DNA from: Catajapyx aquilonaris
Lineage: Eukaryota
Assembly (NCBI GenBank): GCA_000934665.2
Contig: KZ538874.1
Coordinates: forward strand, 1-43,230
Direction of reading: 5' to 3'
Length of the DNA: 43,230 nt
Under the pieces are notes generated by a model. That model saw nothing but the letters and a program-made list of their open reading frames with translations. It was not told the origin of the DNA and made no database searches. How positions within the stretch are numbered: position 1 is the stretch's first letter; every line of letters begins with the position of its first letter. A program made the position numbers and the translations under genes. Below, in pieces: positions 1-14,500 of this stretch.

Positions 1-2981
1 TGTAGCGGATAGCAATCCGGGTTCAGAACAAGCTTGTTCAATTGTCGCAGATCTAAACACGATCTGTATCCCCCGGATTTCTTTTCTACTATCACCAATG
101 GTTGCCACTTCCCGGCCACCACGTGGCGGAGGTGCCACATGGTGTCACAATAGATACAAGGAACTGCAGGCAGCAAACATTTTTACTTCAAGATTCGGAA
201 TACTTAACTTGTGACTACTCTTCATGATATGGTTACAACTCTACAAGTTTTTCAGCGACAAAATATTATTAAAGGATCTAAAAATTGAGTGTTTGAAGTG
301 AAAGGGTTGGGGGGGATATGGTATTTAATTATCCGTAACGCTGAACAATATTTCCTCGGCCATTCGGGCCGCAATTGCAACGTCAATGGGTGCATATCCA
401 TCAAGGCAGGTTACTCGTAGTGATTTATCATCGGACCAAATTACAACAGGACTCTGCTGATACCAGAGGGCTAGGATGGCCACCACTCTTGGTCATGGAG
501 GGCACGTGTCCAAAATGAATTAACCCGCTATCGGCGGATAAACCAATAATTTAGAATTACCATAAACGCCATTGGCCGGATTACGAGGTGGAGCCTTTCA
601 TTGAAATAAGCCCTGCTTGCCATGAGTTACAAACAGATTCATGAGATCCCAGGAGGGGGGAAAAATCAGAGGCATTGCACTATTTTTTTTATGTGCGAAA
701 AGATTAATATGTCCCTTTGCCAACTCGTCACCATTCATTCATCAAAAGCTGAAATGTATGTGTAGAAACGTGCATGTGTCATGAAAGGAGCGCACACTGT
801 GCCTAATTGCAGTTCCGGAATGAAAAAGGTGGAAATTATTTTGGACCACGCCCGTTTTTTTTTTTTTTTTGAGGACATACAAAAGAANGGGGGGGGGGGG
901 GAACTGAAGTGTAACAGCACACTTGCAAGAGTGATTTATTTCACCTGGGCCAACAGTGGGCCTAAGGTTATTCTTCCTTTTTTTTGGACTGCTGCAAAAA
1001 AAAAAATCGATTTATCGGTTTTTGCCGCCAACGCCAATATATTTCCTTGTGGTTTTCGAGGTTTACAGTTGGTCCCGTACAACTTGTTAGAAACTGGACC
1101 ACCACAGAAATCCTCCCACAAAAATTCCGGATCACGTAACACCCAACAATAAAGCGAACAATTTCACGTCCCCCCAAAAAATATAAATTCCGCGTCATTT
1201 GTTCAGGTTGTTATCAGGAGTCCATGAAGTCCACGCAATCGATCACATCCCTAATTTGTCATTACTTTCCGTTTTTATGATATTTTGATCACGCTGTAAA
1301 TACCCCTAAGCGTGGTTTTGAACCAACCAATCTCAATAAAGTGGCCCGTTATTAGAATTCGAGTCGACGCGCAGCTTTTTATTATCTGTATAGCTTTATG
1401 TCCTGAAGGGGGGGTCGTTCAGTTCGATAGAACACTTTTCATTTTGAGGCTAACCGCACCAGATGTGCATTCTTCTACATGAAAGGCAGATTTTACGTCA
1501 TTCAGCTCAAAAAAATGGCTAATTGCGACGTTTATGACCACCTCTTAAAGTATATAAAATAAAGGGAACTAAAGTGATAGAACAAAACTCGTAAAACACG
1601 TTGTCTGCTGGGGGTTAAAATGAAGTGAGAACAAAATTCAATATTGTGCAATGACCAGCAATTAATATCCGCATGCACATGCGACAAATTAATATTTCTA
1701 AATCAAATACACCGCAACCTTATTAGCATACAAACTAGTCATGTTATTGGCAATTGAGCTAACTGCATACTACTTGACAGTGTGTTTCAATTATTGAATA
1801 TAGTTACTGTAGGAGCAATCATCTGTTGAATATTCTGACTCCATTTTGGTGTGGATGTACTGAGTTGATATATGTCTTTTTCCATTCTTGTTGTACTGCA
1901 AGGGCTGTTAAAATTTTTAAAAGGCTGTCTTAGAAGCGGTTGTCCCTTCGGATCACTCGAAAAAAGACATTTCCCAGCATGTTTCTTCCACAGCATCCCC
2001 GAGAGTTGAGAGTGCCTCCACTTTCCTCTTTGTTCCTGGGAAGAAAGTGCCATTTCCTCTCCTCAAATCCGCTATTAATTCTTCTCGCCTGGCCTCTCGG
2101 CGAAACAGCCTTCTCCGCCGTGACAATGTGGAACCAAAGCAGCAATCCGAGCCACGTCTCTCTGACAATTTTTTTCTAGTTTCTTTTTTGAAAGGGGGGG
2201 GGGGGGGGGNGGGGGGGGGTTGATGTTATGGAGGTTTTCAACCCTCCCAGTTTTTTTTCCGTCTTCTTCGTCCTTTTCCTCAGACCCGAGCTAAAACTGT
2301 CTCCGGACGCCCATTCCTCCGCCTCTGTCAACTGAGCCTCAGCCTATGACGCATTTTTCCTGCCGATGGAGAAAAGAAACCCCCCACTACCCTTCTCCCA
2401 TTCCCCTCCTTTCCCAAGAAGCGTAAAATGGCCGCTTAGGCGGGAAAGACGAGCTCGCGTCGTTGATCTTCCAGCACGTTCCAGCATCTCTTCCAAGGGG
2501 GAAAAAAATGACAAAAAAATGGCGCCAGAATTACCTCCTAGAGCCCGAGAGTTGGCGACACTTACCCTCGTTTGAAATGTTTTAAAAAATTATATTAGAG
2601 GTGAATTTTTTTAAACGAACGCAACCGAGTGCGCATCCACACTCACGCAACTGAATTGTTCTAACACCATAGTTACTCCCAAGGGGCACCCGTAGCCTCT
2701 GAGAATCGTTTCAGAACCTTGGCAACGTCGCAAACGTCGGCCATATTGTTTTGCCTCCAAGCGTAGCGTAGGAAATAAGTGCAGCTGGTCCACTCGTAAA
2801 ATAAATCCTAATAATCCTAATTCCCTAATTACGTCATTCTGCTTATATGTCAGTCCTAGGCCCTAGGAAGTAACTTAGTTCCCATAGTTTTCACTTTCCC
2901 CGTTCAACAATAATATTAGAGGACATAATATTATAGCTATCAGAGACCCACTTCAATGGAGGCGAGACACGTGCTGGTTAT

Positions 2982-3035
2982 CAATCAATCAATCAATCAA
3001 TTTTATTTTAACCTCCCTATATAAGCATAGGGAGG
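2982..3035 (-). mobile_element. Severely 5'-truncated non-LTR retroposon 3' end with 16-bp TSD
   Basis: Direct repeat GACACGTGCTGGTTAT at 2966-2981 and 3036-3051. Read on the minus strand, the insert is a stem-loop (CCTCCCTAT/ATAGGGAGG), then AATAAA, then a (TTGA)n tail. Confidence 0.75.
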
Positions 3036-5115
3036 GACACGTGCTGGTTATAGCATCCTCCTGGGCTTTGTCCGCGCGGTGACTCATCACCAACGTTAAT
3101 GTAGTACTACTTTTCCCTGAGAGCGGCAGTAATGTTCAGAGGGACAGGCAACTGGTAGGAGCAGTCGTGCTGCCAAAATTTGGCAACGAGTCTAGTTCAT
3201 ACAGTCTATAGTAGGGGAAAAGTCCGAGTCGTAGCCTATTAGACGTTATAGACTATAGAGTGTTACTGTTTTTTTTTGAATTTTCCAGTTTGTGGCATCA
3301 CGCTGCTTATTATTATTAAACAGTTACTTTCTATCCCAATTTTCCTGTTGTAACCCGCCAGTTGGAGCCACTTACCCTCCCACTACTCCCAGCACCCCCA
3401 CCAAAAAACGACCCTATCCCGCACTTTGCATAATAATCCCGGAATCCATCCCGTCCCCCTAAAACTTGAACCCCGTAGAGTGGAAGTGATCGCATTTCTC
3501 CCCTCCCATCCCCATCCTGTACGACCTGTAATGAAAACTAATCGCACCTGAGAACACTGCGCCGAGAGTCCCCGCCATTTCCTGGTGGTGGGTATAACAC
3601 CCGGTGCCAAAAACCATGGGGGTTTTTTTTTTGTCCTGATCGGTGATTAGCTATTGTATCACGTTGTGCAGTTCATTTGCAAGGACCGCTGATCCGCTGT
3701 TTATGTATGGTCCCTGGGCGATGTGCAGTGTGGCCAAGTGTAAAATTGGCGAGTTCCACACGGTCGTCTCTCTCCCGAATGGCGTTTTTGCCTCCCCCTT
3801 TGCGCCGACCCAGAGGCAATTAACACCTTGTAGGGGAGGAATTAATTTTGAGGCCCCCCACCTTCCAAACTTCATGTGTAAGTTCATTACTAAACCTGGG
3901 GTTGAATAACAAGCCAGAAAATATTTTTCAAACACCCCCCCCCCCCCTTGATGTTATGATAGTATGGCCAATTTCATATTCTGGATACGTTTCAGTTTTA
4001 TTATAATCACAAATGAAGGCATTATCGTTCAAATATGTACGCACTAGTCATACAAATTTCAGTACCAGCTTCAATAAGCTGCTAATATGTTAAGCAGTTA
4101 CAACCCCAAAAAAATGTCATCGATCGAATAAGCTTGGCATCAATTTACTGCGTGATGATCCTAGTAATATGGTGACCTGAATATCACAAGAGCCGCGTGG
4201 GTTACGTTGTGAATTCAATTTCCGCGCGCCCAATCCGCGCGGAAAGGCGATTGGCGCTTGGCAGTATTATCCGAACTGGGCGGTTGCTGCTTTCAATTAA
4301 ATCAAGAACGGCCTTGCATAATTGACAGGTTGATTGCAAAGCGGGGGCCGGGTTTGACAGCCAAGGGACGACGGTCCTCCGCTCGGTCCATTTGTCGCCT
4401 GATTCTCTCGTCACTCTTCACACAAGCAACGGAAAACAACACTGCAACATGCTTAAACTCCTGTTAGCTAACTGTCAGTTTAAAATATTGAAGAAGAAAA
4501 ACTGCTGGTCGGAATATCGATAATATGCTCTTAAAAAACCTCTAAAAAACTGATTAAACCATATCATATCCATATGGAATTTATTGTATTATCTGATTTT
4601 CACATACACCTTCTACTGATATCGATACACACCGTATGGCACTAGAAATCGCAAAACTCTCTCTATACCCCCCTCCAGATATGGATGCAAGTTATCATGT
4701 AAAAAGGGTTCCACTTTCCCTGCAGTAATGGATTTCCCAGGTTTTGTTGATGCAATCACCTGAAAGGATTTAGATCACACCCGTGAACCTTACCGCATAT
4801 AAGATGCTGCTGGGGGGCCCAAAAAAAAGGAAGTCAGGTCACGTCCGTTTGATGGCACAACGGATAGGGATCTCATCAATCAATGGTGTAAACTTACCTT
4901 ACCTTACTGGTCATATAGGGGGGTAGTCCAATAAGAAGGAAATCCGCTTTTACAAGAACCTGGTAGACTAATAGCAGGTCACTTTTAATAAAGAGTCATA
5001 TCTGCTACTTTTTGTGCTCGAATTGTTAGAGTTTACAAAATGTTGTGTCACAAAATTGTAACCTACCTATGGACATTAAAACCTTGCACAAATTCATAGA
5101 TTCATGTACGAACAC

Positions 5116-5320
5116 AACCGAGTGCGCATCCTGACTGCGCAGCCAGTCTTGAAATTCCTGACCATGTCGTATTTCATTATGGACACAGCAATTTCAACCC
5201 TTTCGTACAAATCTGCCCAAGTTTACATGATACATTATGAGTCAACAAAACTGCATCCATAATGTGCAATTATGGGAAGTAATTCCAAGACTAGCTGCGT
5301 CGTCCGAATGCGCAATCCGT
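5116..5320. mobile_element. Degenerate MITE with ~40-bp terminal inverted repeats
   Basis: AACCGAGTGCGCATCCTGACTGCGCAGCCAGTCTTGAAATT (5116-5156) is an imperfect reverse complement of AATTCCAAGACTAGCTGCGTCGTCCGAATGCGCAATCCGT (5281-5320). Related ends occur at 2621, 8742, 12285 and 19265. Confidence 0.6.
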
Positions 5321-7307
5321 CACTATAAGCGTAGCAGCTACTTTTCAACTGCTAATACTTTCACCTAGAAAATAGCATCAACACAAATATTAGGAAATTA
5401 TGTATTATGAATGCCTAATTTGAGAATATATTTTCGTACACCCGGTATAATTTTCCTTTTATGTTGAACCTTCCTGTGCATTCAGTTCACGTCTTCGGTT
5501 GGAGATGTGCCCAAAAAGTAGGTCCCTCCCCGAAAGGTCATCTGCTGCTCCGACTATATGCAAGTGTGTACATCCCACTACTTATTCGCAAGTGACCTTA
5601 ATTCCCTTTGAAGCCCCCCCCCTCCCACCTCCCCCCTCTCCTGGGTTGGGAGTCGCCAATTTACGGATACGATTAACTGGGTCTGCTATGCAAATAGCAG
5701 CCTTAGCTCTGGGGGCCGAAACTCGCTGGCTTGGATACAATAGCTGGTACGCAGGGATAATCGACAAACGCAGCACTTTTCTGGTACGGTTTTGCCGCAA
5801 GACTAGCTCGCCAATCAGGTTCGTTAACCGGGCTTGGGCTATTGTGGAAGCTAATCCCAGACTGCGACCTGGACACGGTCAGGGATTAACGACCCCCCAA
5901 CATGCTGGATATATGAGATGGCAGGAAAATTATTGGAACAATTTATTGACCACCTTGTAGTAAACAGTTGGTTAAGGTTACAATGTTGTTTTTCATCCTA
6001 GCACCAATTAACCCAACTAGAAAATTCTTTGTGCAAGTCCCACTAATTGCGTCCAATTAAAGAAAAAAAGCTGTGAGAACGAGCCGCCTTTGATCCTTGA
6101 TTTACCGTAGCACGTTTCATGAACCGTTTGTCTATTTTTCCAGTGTATACCCCCCCCTTTTTGCTAACAGCTTGACCATTACCGGACCCTATAGTCGAGT
6201 CAGACCCACTTGACCTGTCACACCCACTTTTGTTCCTCCCAAGAGTTAATAGAAAGCAGCAGGCATTACGCGTCTTAATACTCGTAAATGAAGCAATTAT
6301 TATTTCCCTCTCGGGGTCAGTTGTTATCGTTCAAAATCCGGTACTTTATAATGGTAGAGGGGGGGGGGGGGTATGGGGACTATAGGGAGAGGCTATGGTG
6401 AAGCCGGCCTCGGGCACGATGCCAGTAACCGCAGTGCGGAGACTTGCGATGAGGATAATCAAGGGACCCATGCGTCACAGAATGGAGAGTAGTGGACTTT
6501 GAAAAAAAAAAAAAGAGGAAATAATGGCAGCATAGGAATCTGGTTCGTTTATATGGAATCCAGGACTGGATATGAAAATTATGCAGATCAAACATGTAGG
6601 CATAATCCGAACAGTTTTTTGGGTGGAAACGGTTTGAATCCGGATAGTGTGAGGGAAATGTCACTAATGTATGGTTAGGTTTGGTATCAAATAACATGTG
6701 GCAGAGATTTCTCCGAATTTTTTCCTTAACCATAATATTTTTACATTACAATTTTCCTGTGAAATGACTTTACTATCAGTCTTTCAGGGATAAGAGGAGT
6801 CCGGATTTTATGTATTGACATTGTTCCCCGGTGCGGTTGACAATGTCGTCCGGATACTCCCGATTTACGCTGGAGTATTAATGACTGGCAGGCAACACGC
6901 CGCAAATGAGCCGATACTTGTCAGGGGGGAGTGAGGGGGCGAAATAAAATCAACAGTAGGAAATGATGATATGTCGGTTGTATCGCCAACGACCGCATCC
7001 ATCATATCGTAATTTAATTAAAACCTTGCAGTCTGCCTTCATTACAGGCTGCCCTCGGTTTTTGAAAGTGTGTATCGCAGGCAATCAGTTTTTCAACTGT
7101 ATAAACACCTCTAGTAATCTGCACTCAATATTCGAGCGACCTTATTACGCGGTGTAATCTACTGTTGCAAGCTCCGTTAACTAACAAAAAACCCGCCGGT
7201 TAAATGTTTTAATTATTCGGGGAGGCATGCTCTTGCACATACTCCGCAATGTTATGGTTTAAACCTAAAAATGTACTGACAAAAACGAGTGACTTTTTCT
7301 TGTTTGC

Positions 7308-7380
7308 TTAGGTTAGGATAGGTTAGGATAGGTTAGGATAGGTTGGGATAGGTTAGGATAGGTTAAGATAGGTTAGGATA
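7308..7380. repeat. (GGTTAGGATA)n microsatellite of alternating TTAGG/ATAGG
   Basis: About 7 copies of the 10-bp unit read directly. Confidence 0.9.
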
Positions 7381-8503
7381 TGTTGCCTAAGGATACCTAA
7401 GGATATGCGAGTACTTCCAACGGTTCTATTTGATGCCATATTATCCTAAAAGCTGCCTAGAGCAACCAAAAGTGGATAAAGCCTCTTGCTAGCAAAGTAC
7501 TCATAATTCCTCCGCTCTTGTTGCTCCAGATGCGCTTACACACCCAGCTCCAACGATGCAAATTCTAAACATGTCCCTATAATTTGGACCGCCTTGGTGA
7601 CCCCTCCCAATCTTGAATACCTTCGGACCACCGCTTCTGGGAGGTCATTTGAAGTTCCCTGCAGGGGCCTTTACTGCCCCCTAAGTCCAAGCCGCAGTAC
7701 TTAATGGCATTGGCTGGTCAGTTCCCTCGTGCAAACAATCGGAGACAGTCAAGAGACCGAGGCTTACTCCAGCCCGCGAATCCCAATCGACTTAATGAAC
7801 TTTTGAAGGCAGTCTAATTCTACCTTCTTCTCCAACGACTGGACACTCTTAAGTCCGGTTGATCAGAATTCAGACTTAAGCTAAGTCCAAAAGTTCAGAC
7901 GTTTTAAATTTGTGTGATTATTACAAAAAGATAGGACCGGTCTTTGAAGGTAGAATTTTCTACATTGCGAAAAGGGAATTTTGGCACAGAGCAGAGTTGC
8001 AAATGCGGGAGCCATCTGTGAGCCACCGGTTGAACCCAAACTCCGCCAAAAATTTTTGCTCTCAACTCTGGCTCCATTGTATCGACACACCGCGGTATAT
8101 CCCTTGAAGGCAACGGCCAATGAACCCTCCTGGAACAATATTTTCATTTCTGCCATAGTCCAAGTGCTTTCTTTATTACCGCTCCTCTCTTCATAAGTGC
8201 TTTTCTTTCACCCGCACGGTTGTAATTGCTCTATATAATGAAAAAAATTGCGATGCTGAATATCCACAAAGCTGTCGGTGCAAAAATGGCACCCATTAAA
8301 CCAGATCCTCCAGAGGGCATGGGGGCGTCGAATGAAAATGAACCTATGGGTCCCCCGTGGGCAGCCGCAATTTCGACCTCCATATAGGTTAAGGGTGAAT
8401 ACACACCGGGCCACACAGCAGTTTTCAAAGTCAAACAGTTGGACCTTTGTGGCCATATTTCACATGTGCTGTACAGGTAGTAATTGAGGTTGTTTTATTT
8501 CAG

Positions 8504-11500
8504 CTGCCTGAACCGCGCCGACCTCATAAAGGTGTTTGACGGTCGAGACGGCCGAGCGCAGGTCATCAGCTTGCTGTGCAATGAGGGCAACCATATAGAG
8601 GTCTTCTCCACGGGTCCTGACCTCTACCTGGAGTTCATCGCCAACTCGGACCGACCAGGTCAAGGGTTCAGGTCAACGTACCTGTTCCAGCCGGTGCAGC
8701 ATCCGCCATCGCATGTGCTGGAAACGCCCTCCACAGGTACTTGCGCGAACTGTGTTGCGCACTCGGTTGCGCATTTAAAAAAAAGTCATCTCTAGTAAAT
8801 AAATTACAAATAAAATTTCGGATAACTTCATGCTGGTAATCCTATTTCCTGGCGGAATCAATCAAAATGGTCGGTAATTCTCTTAAAGTAATACAGTGCT
8901 CCATAAAATTTTTGCGAATTTAAATAGCTAATTTGAATGCAGTCAGTATTTGCTTAACCGAGGAGCTTAATAAGCATTATATTAAATTTATCGGGTGTTA
9001 CATGGTTGGTCAACATTGTCGGGTATGATCCCCCGCATGGTGTAACCGCCATGTACTGTGTAATGCTGAATTAATTAGTCAATTAAGTAATGGGTTAATT
9101 AATGTATTATCAACGTATTATACTGTCCTTCACGTGACAAAAAAACAACTAAAACCAATGTGGGGTAGAGAGCTTCCATTACATATTGCAAATGTCAACA
9201 GAAAAAAAAAATTATAATGATTTCAGTCGCAGTCAGTGGTCATGTCGGTTGTGCAATGTGTTCCAACATTGGCCATCAAAAAGTTGCTGCGTTTGGGAGG
9301 GGACATCAAAACAAAACTTTATGGTCCTTACCCGCGGATACATCATAATTTCAAAATAACAACCCGCAATATCCCAGCTATGTCATCTCATCACATCCAC
9401 AAACACGGAATTAAATAATACATTTTGCTATATACGTACTGTTCACATGCCAACAGCACAATCTGCTTCATACCCAAGTGTGTGTCTCAATCTTATCTCT
9501 CAACGTCCGCACCTATGTATTTTTTTTTAAAAAAAAGCACAACATATGAAAGCAGTTCTTAGTCCAAATTCCTGGCTGGGAGAGGGCTATGGAGGCTGGC
9601 TGTGGTCCAAGAGCACTTGGGCTCATCAGCATCCCAACTGCTTATCGCCTGGTTTTAATGGAAGAACCATGGATCTCCCGCTGGGACTGCCACCACCACT
9701 CTCCACCTAACCCTTTCGCACTAAATCCTCTTGTACAGAAAATACACACACATATCTGCATCGCTTTGTGCAAAAAAAATTTGCCCGTTGGCCAGATAAT
9801 GCGTTACATTTTTAGGAGCGATAGTTGTGTGTCCAAATGTATATGTGACAGGGGAGAAAACTAATGTCCACCTGGTTTGATCATGAGGTCAAACAACCTG
9901 CGTGTATGGAGCAGGTGGTGCAGACCCAAATATTCACACTGAAGCAATGAAGGTGGCTTTAATAATAATTAATGACCCACGACTCCAGGTCAAACACTCT
10001 TTTACGTGTACAAATGATACGCCCACGAGAACATGATTAAGTGAAAATATGCCCGCCTTGTTAATTGTGCGACATGCAAATTTACACTCCATATGTATTT
10101 TCAAAATGTTCACTTATAGAAAAAGGTTTAGTCAATCTGATCCCAGCGCCGGATTTTTTATTTGCTATTAAAAAAAGGTTGTAATCTTTGAGCCAATCAG
10201 CTAAGAGGTCTCTGTTATTTGGACGCGTTACCTGAACCATATTCACGTCAGTTCTTGACAGTAACACATTTTAATAGACGTTTGTTGTCCAACACAGGCA
10301 GCTATAAGTGCAATAGACGTCTTGGGATAGACGTTCCACGTCAGTTTAATTCAAAGGTTATACGACCAGCAGGTCCATAGCGGCCAATCATCTGTACATC
10401 AATACACCCCACTTTTAAGGCGAGGATTTAACGCACAGTATACACTAAAAACGGTGTAAGTTGACCACCTTAACCAAAAAAAAACACGGTGCCCGAATTC
10501 GTCGCCTATAAAACACCCCCATTTTTATTGTACACTACAAGGCCTCGCCAAACTTTTACTTCCACTCTGAACTTATCTTCAGGCATGGCAAAACCCCCCT
10601 TTTACTTTGGAAAGTGCTCTTTTAGGAACCGAGTTTTATGTGTTGTGATCGGTAATTTCTCCCCCTTCAACATTCTTTATTGCAGAACCGGAGAAGGCGA
10701 GTCCTCCCCATGGACTACCCGGAAGATTTCCATTGGGCCAGGTGACTGAAGGTGACCCTCTTGCCAGTACGTCACGTAAGTGATTCGCTTTTTTTCATAT
10801 TCAAAAGATACGACCAATACAAAGGGATCCTAGCCTTGGTCTGTGATTTGTGGCACACAAATAGCTCAACCATACCTACATAAACAACCAGTCCATCAAT
10901 TTTCAGCACCAAAATGTCAATTCTCGATCAATTATCGCGGGTTTACGAGTCACGCTCAAATTGGCGGGAAAAAATGGGGCGTGGCCTAAATGGCGCATTC
11001 GCACTCCTGCCTAACCACAGTGACGTCAGCAGACCGTTATCTGGCGGTCGTTAGATTCGGCTTTACTTGTGGTTGTTAGATTCGGTTGGTAGGCGCAACA
11101 ATGCAAAGAAAGAAACCATTGGGTGCGTTCCTACCTCTACGCCACTAGTGTTTGTGGCCGCTTGACGTCAGAGGGCAGAACGATACCGCACTTTGATCGA
11201 TCATAGCTCGAAAACTAATGCGTAGTTCACCAAAATTCATTTAAAAATTGGAACGATTTTTTAATATTGGTTTGCAAATGTATATAGGCTAGACCTAATT
11301 ATGTCAAACAATCATGTGGTCACCACTCTATTGGCCACATTATGTAGTGTCACCAAACACTGATCGATGTCACTTCACAGCAATTGGTAATTGAAGCGAG
11401 GCTGCAAGTGCCCTCAATGATTGGTCCTAATTGAGTTTGTAGCCGGATTGGGGGTGTTCTCAATAGTTTTTTTTTTGCGGCTCAACCATGGCTAAATCTC

Positions 11501-14500
11501 AAAGTCCGCATCAGGAGCAGAGAGTAATTCTTGTCTGCAGTTTAGCTACGGAGACACGTTCCATCGATTTTGCACGTCCGACGTAACTGGCAGGCAACAT
11601 CACGGATGAAAGTGCTGCAAGAGTCCCCTGTGATAAAGCGATCGTGTCAGAAGGAGCCTCCCAGTGACGTTTTCTTGCCAGTTCGGATGACGGGGCACTA
11701 TTTGACACTACAGTACACGATGGGTCTCTAATAAAAATCGACAAAGAAGCTGGCAACCCCAGTATGCACTGCAGCACATTGGAAGATGACTCGAATTTTG
11801 AAATATATTTGGGGCCCAGAACTATACATTCAGCTACTGCTACAGTATATCCGATTTAATTTGAAAGCCAAAATTTTGTCTCTCTTCTGAAAGTTTTCGT
11901 CAGGCAAATGAGCCGTGGGCGATGCTGGCATTTCGGAAAGGCATCTTGATTAAGGATTTGCCGTGTTGGGACGCTGCTGAGGACCGAAGCTCCATAATCA
12001 GCCTGCCGACAAACAGTCAAAATTTTCCCTCATCCCTTAACTGCATTAAAGGAACGGTCCTTTGCTTCATCCGTCCTCTTGGAGATGATCCAAAATCTGA
12101 GATATTTTTTTTGGGGGGGGGGGGGNNNNNNNNNNNNNNNNNNNNNNNNNNNNNNNNNNNNNNNNNNNNNNNNNNNNNNNNNNNNNNNNNNNNNNNNNNN
12201 GATGTTCAAAATGTGGTTAGAATACGCCTTTGCTTATACCATCCTCATAAATATCAACAAAAATGACTCTAACAGCCACATAAACGAGTGTGCAACTCGG
12301 GTAGCAAAGCCATGTCGTGCCCAGAAACTTCCCTCGTAAACAACACCTCTCCGGGTTCTAGCTAAGTCCTATTGACCCTCAGAATCTAGCCAGCCCGCAA
12401 CTACCAGCACCAATATCCCTCAAACCCATAGTCGTCATTTTATTGTGTACTTAACCCTACAGCAGGACCCTACACGTTGATTTACTCCTTACAAACGCAC
12501 ATTGGCTCCCCCCAAAAAAATCAGAAAAAAAATATTCTATCCACAAGCTAAGGATCGATTTCGATTTCCCTCACCGGAATTCAATTACTAGTTTCGTCGT
12601 TGGAATGGCAATATTTTTCTTCCTCCACTTCTTTTTTTTTCTTCTTCGTTCTTTTCAATCCCTGCCAATAAACGCGAGGGGCAGAGAGAGCAGATTGGCC
12701 AGCAATCTTATCGCATGATAGCCGTGAACTTCACTCAAGGCAGTGTAGTCCTTCTTTTGGCGCCCACCGCAATCTTCTCATTCCAGTTCATAAAATTTCG
12801 ATCGGTGGTGGGGTATATAGGGAGAGGAGAAGAGTAGCTAGAGAGAAGGAAATTCCAACGATGATGGAGCTTCACTTCTAGCTCTCCTCTTCCTCTCAAA
12901 ATCCTTATAATCTGGAGCCAGGATTGGAGGGAATTAGTAGGAGGAAGGCTTGCACAATCGTCAAATGGCAATCGAGGCTTATAGGAGTGATATGTTTAAT
13001 TCCTCAAGGTGTATCGTGGGAATTGCAGGTGTCACCATGGGAGAATTTGGTTGAAATTTTATTTTGAAAAAATATATAATAAAGTTTGGCCTACCTAATC
13101 GCACAGGACAGTTTCCTAAGAGACAGTGATATAAATGCCCCTCAACAGCCAGCAACTCTTATTAAGCGACATAGCCCTTGGAGAAAGCTAGAATTGCAAA
13201 GCCGCTTTAAAACCTTCCCCCAAAATGTGAATCTAATTCGGCGAAATGAGGTCATAATTTGCATGGCTCCTTATAAGGAGAGGTATAACACTTCTTGACT
13301 TGACTGATAAGGTGAGGTGTCATCAGGCTGTTGCTCTCTCTTACATAAGCAAAGTACAGAGGTTCAGACGACTCAGATAAAGTCACTCGCACGATGCCTT
13401 TTGGACATTCCATATCCAAAACATCAATTACGATCATGACCAACAATGAGTAATGACACAAACAATAATATTTGCAGGTCATTGCATTACATCCAATGTT
13501 ACTTTTGCAATGTCAATACAGACTTCATAATCTTGTTAAACCTTTGGAGTTTTGATCCAGTGATCTTTGTACTATATGATTACATACCGGTACCTTTGGG
13601 GTCCTGGGTTCGATCTTTTGGTCAGGCAATTGATGAATCACGTGTGAAACATGTAAAAATCACATGTAAAAAATTTGTACAGGTTATCTACTGTATGTAC
13701 TTGAGTTTTTTTTGTTATTATTCTCCCTTCCCCATATCTCTGAGCACTTCCTTAAGTACCGTATGTCTATAACCGCATATAAACAAACAAATAAATAGAA
13801 ATTTTGAGTTGCCGCAATAAGACATCAAACACATGTCGCTCCAGTGGATCGATTCAAACAGTATTCAATCATTCAACAACATATTATATAGCTCGTGTGA
13901 AGTATTGTTGTGGTCAGATTCAAGCATCGTCTATTATTCTTCTCAAGCCATAACAGAAAAGGTGTTACCTTTCGAATTCCTTGTCCCTATATATATACCC
14001 TGGTCTCCTTCTGGACTGCGGGTTTTCACACTCGAAAAGATGGCATTCAGAGCAATATGATACTCCGCATACCATCTGTTCGCCTGTGAAAAGCCAGACC
14101 TGGATAGAATTCGAAATCTCCCCTTTTCCTTACAAGCCACACGATCAAAAGCCGCTGGTTCTGCAGAAGTCGCAGTCGCAGAGCCCTGATACATATACAG
14201 TACTATTGGATCACCTATAAGTACGTCAAATTACAGTATACAGTGCGACATACAATGTATTATAATAAAAGTCATTTTCCAGTCGGACGATTTGTACCCT
14301 GCTTCATACAGTTCTGAATTACATGCTCGTTAAATATTCACACGCACTGTAACTGTTTGCAAGCCGCATGAATCACACTAAATGCCATCGTGCCACACAT
14401 TCATTCATCTAGGCTGCATCTATTTTTATCCTGACACATTCGTCACACACACATGATGTCACGTCATTCAGAAAAATTCCTACATTTCATAAGCTTAGTA

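Noticed and set aside
5499..5960. 153-aa ORF
   Set aside because: Non-ATG start, poly-C-derived Pro run, no recognisable domain or splice support.
1..8503. Upstream exons of the CUB gene
   Set aside because: No spliceable frame with CUB motifs was found by eye; the region is probably a long intron.
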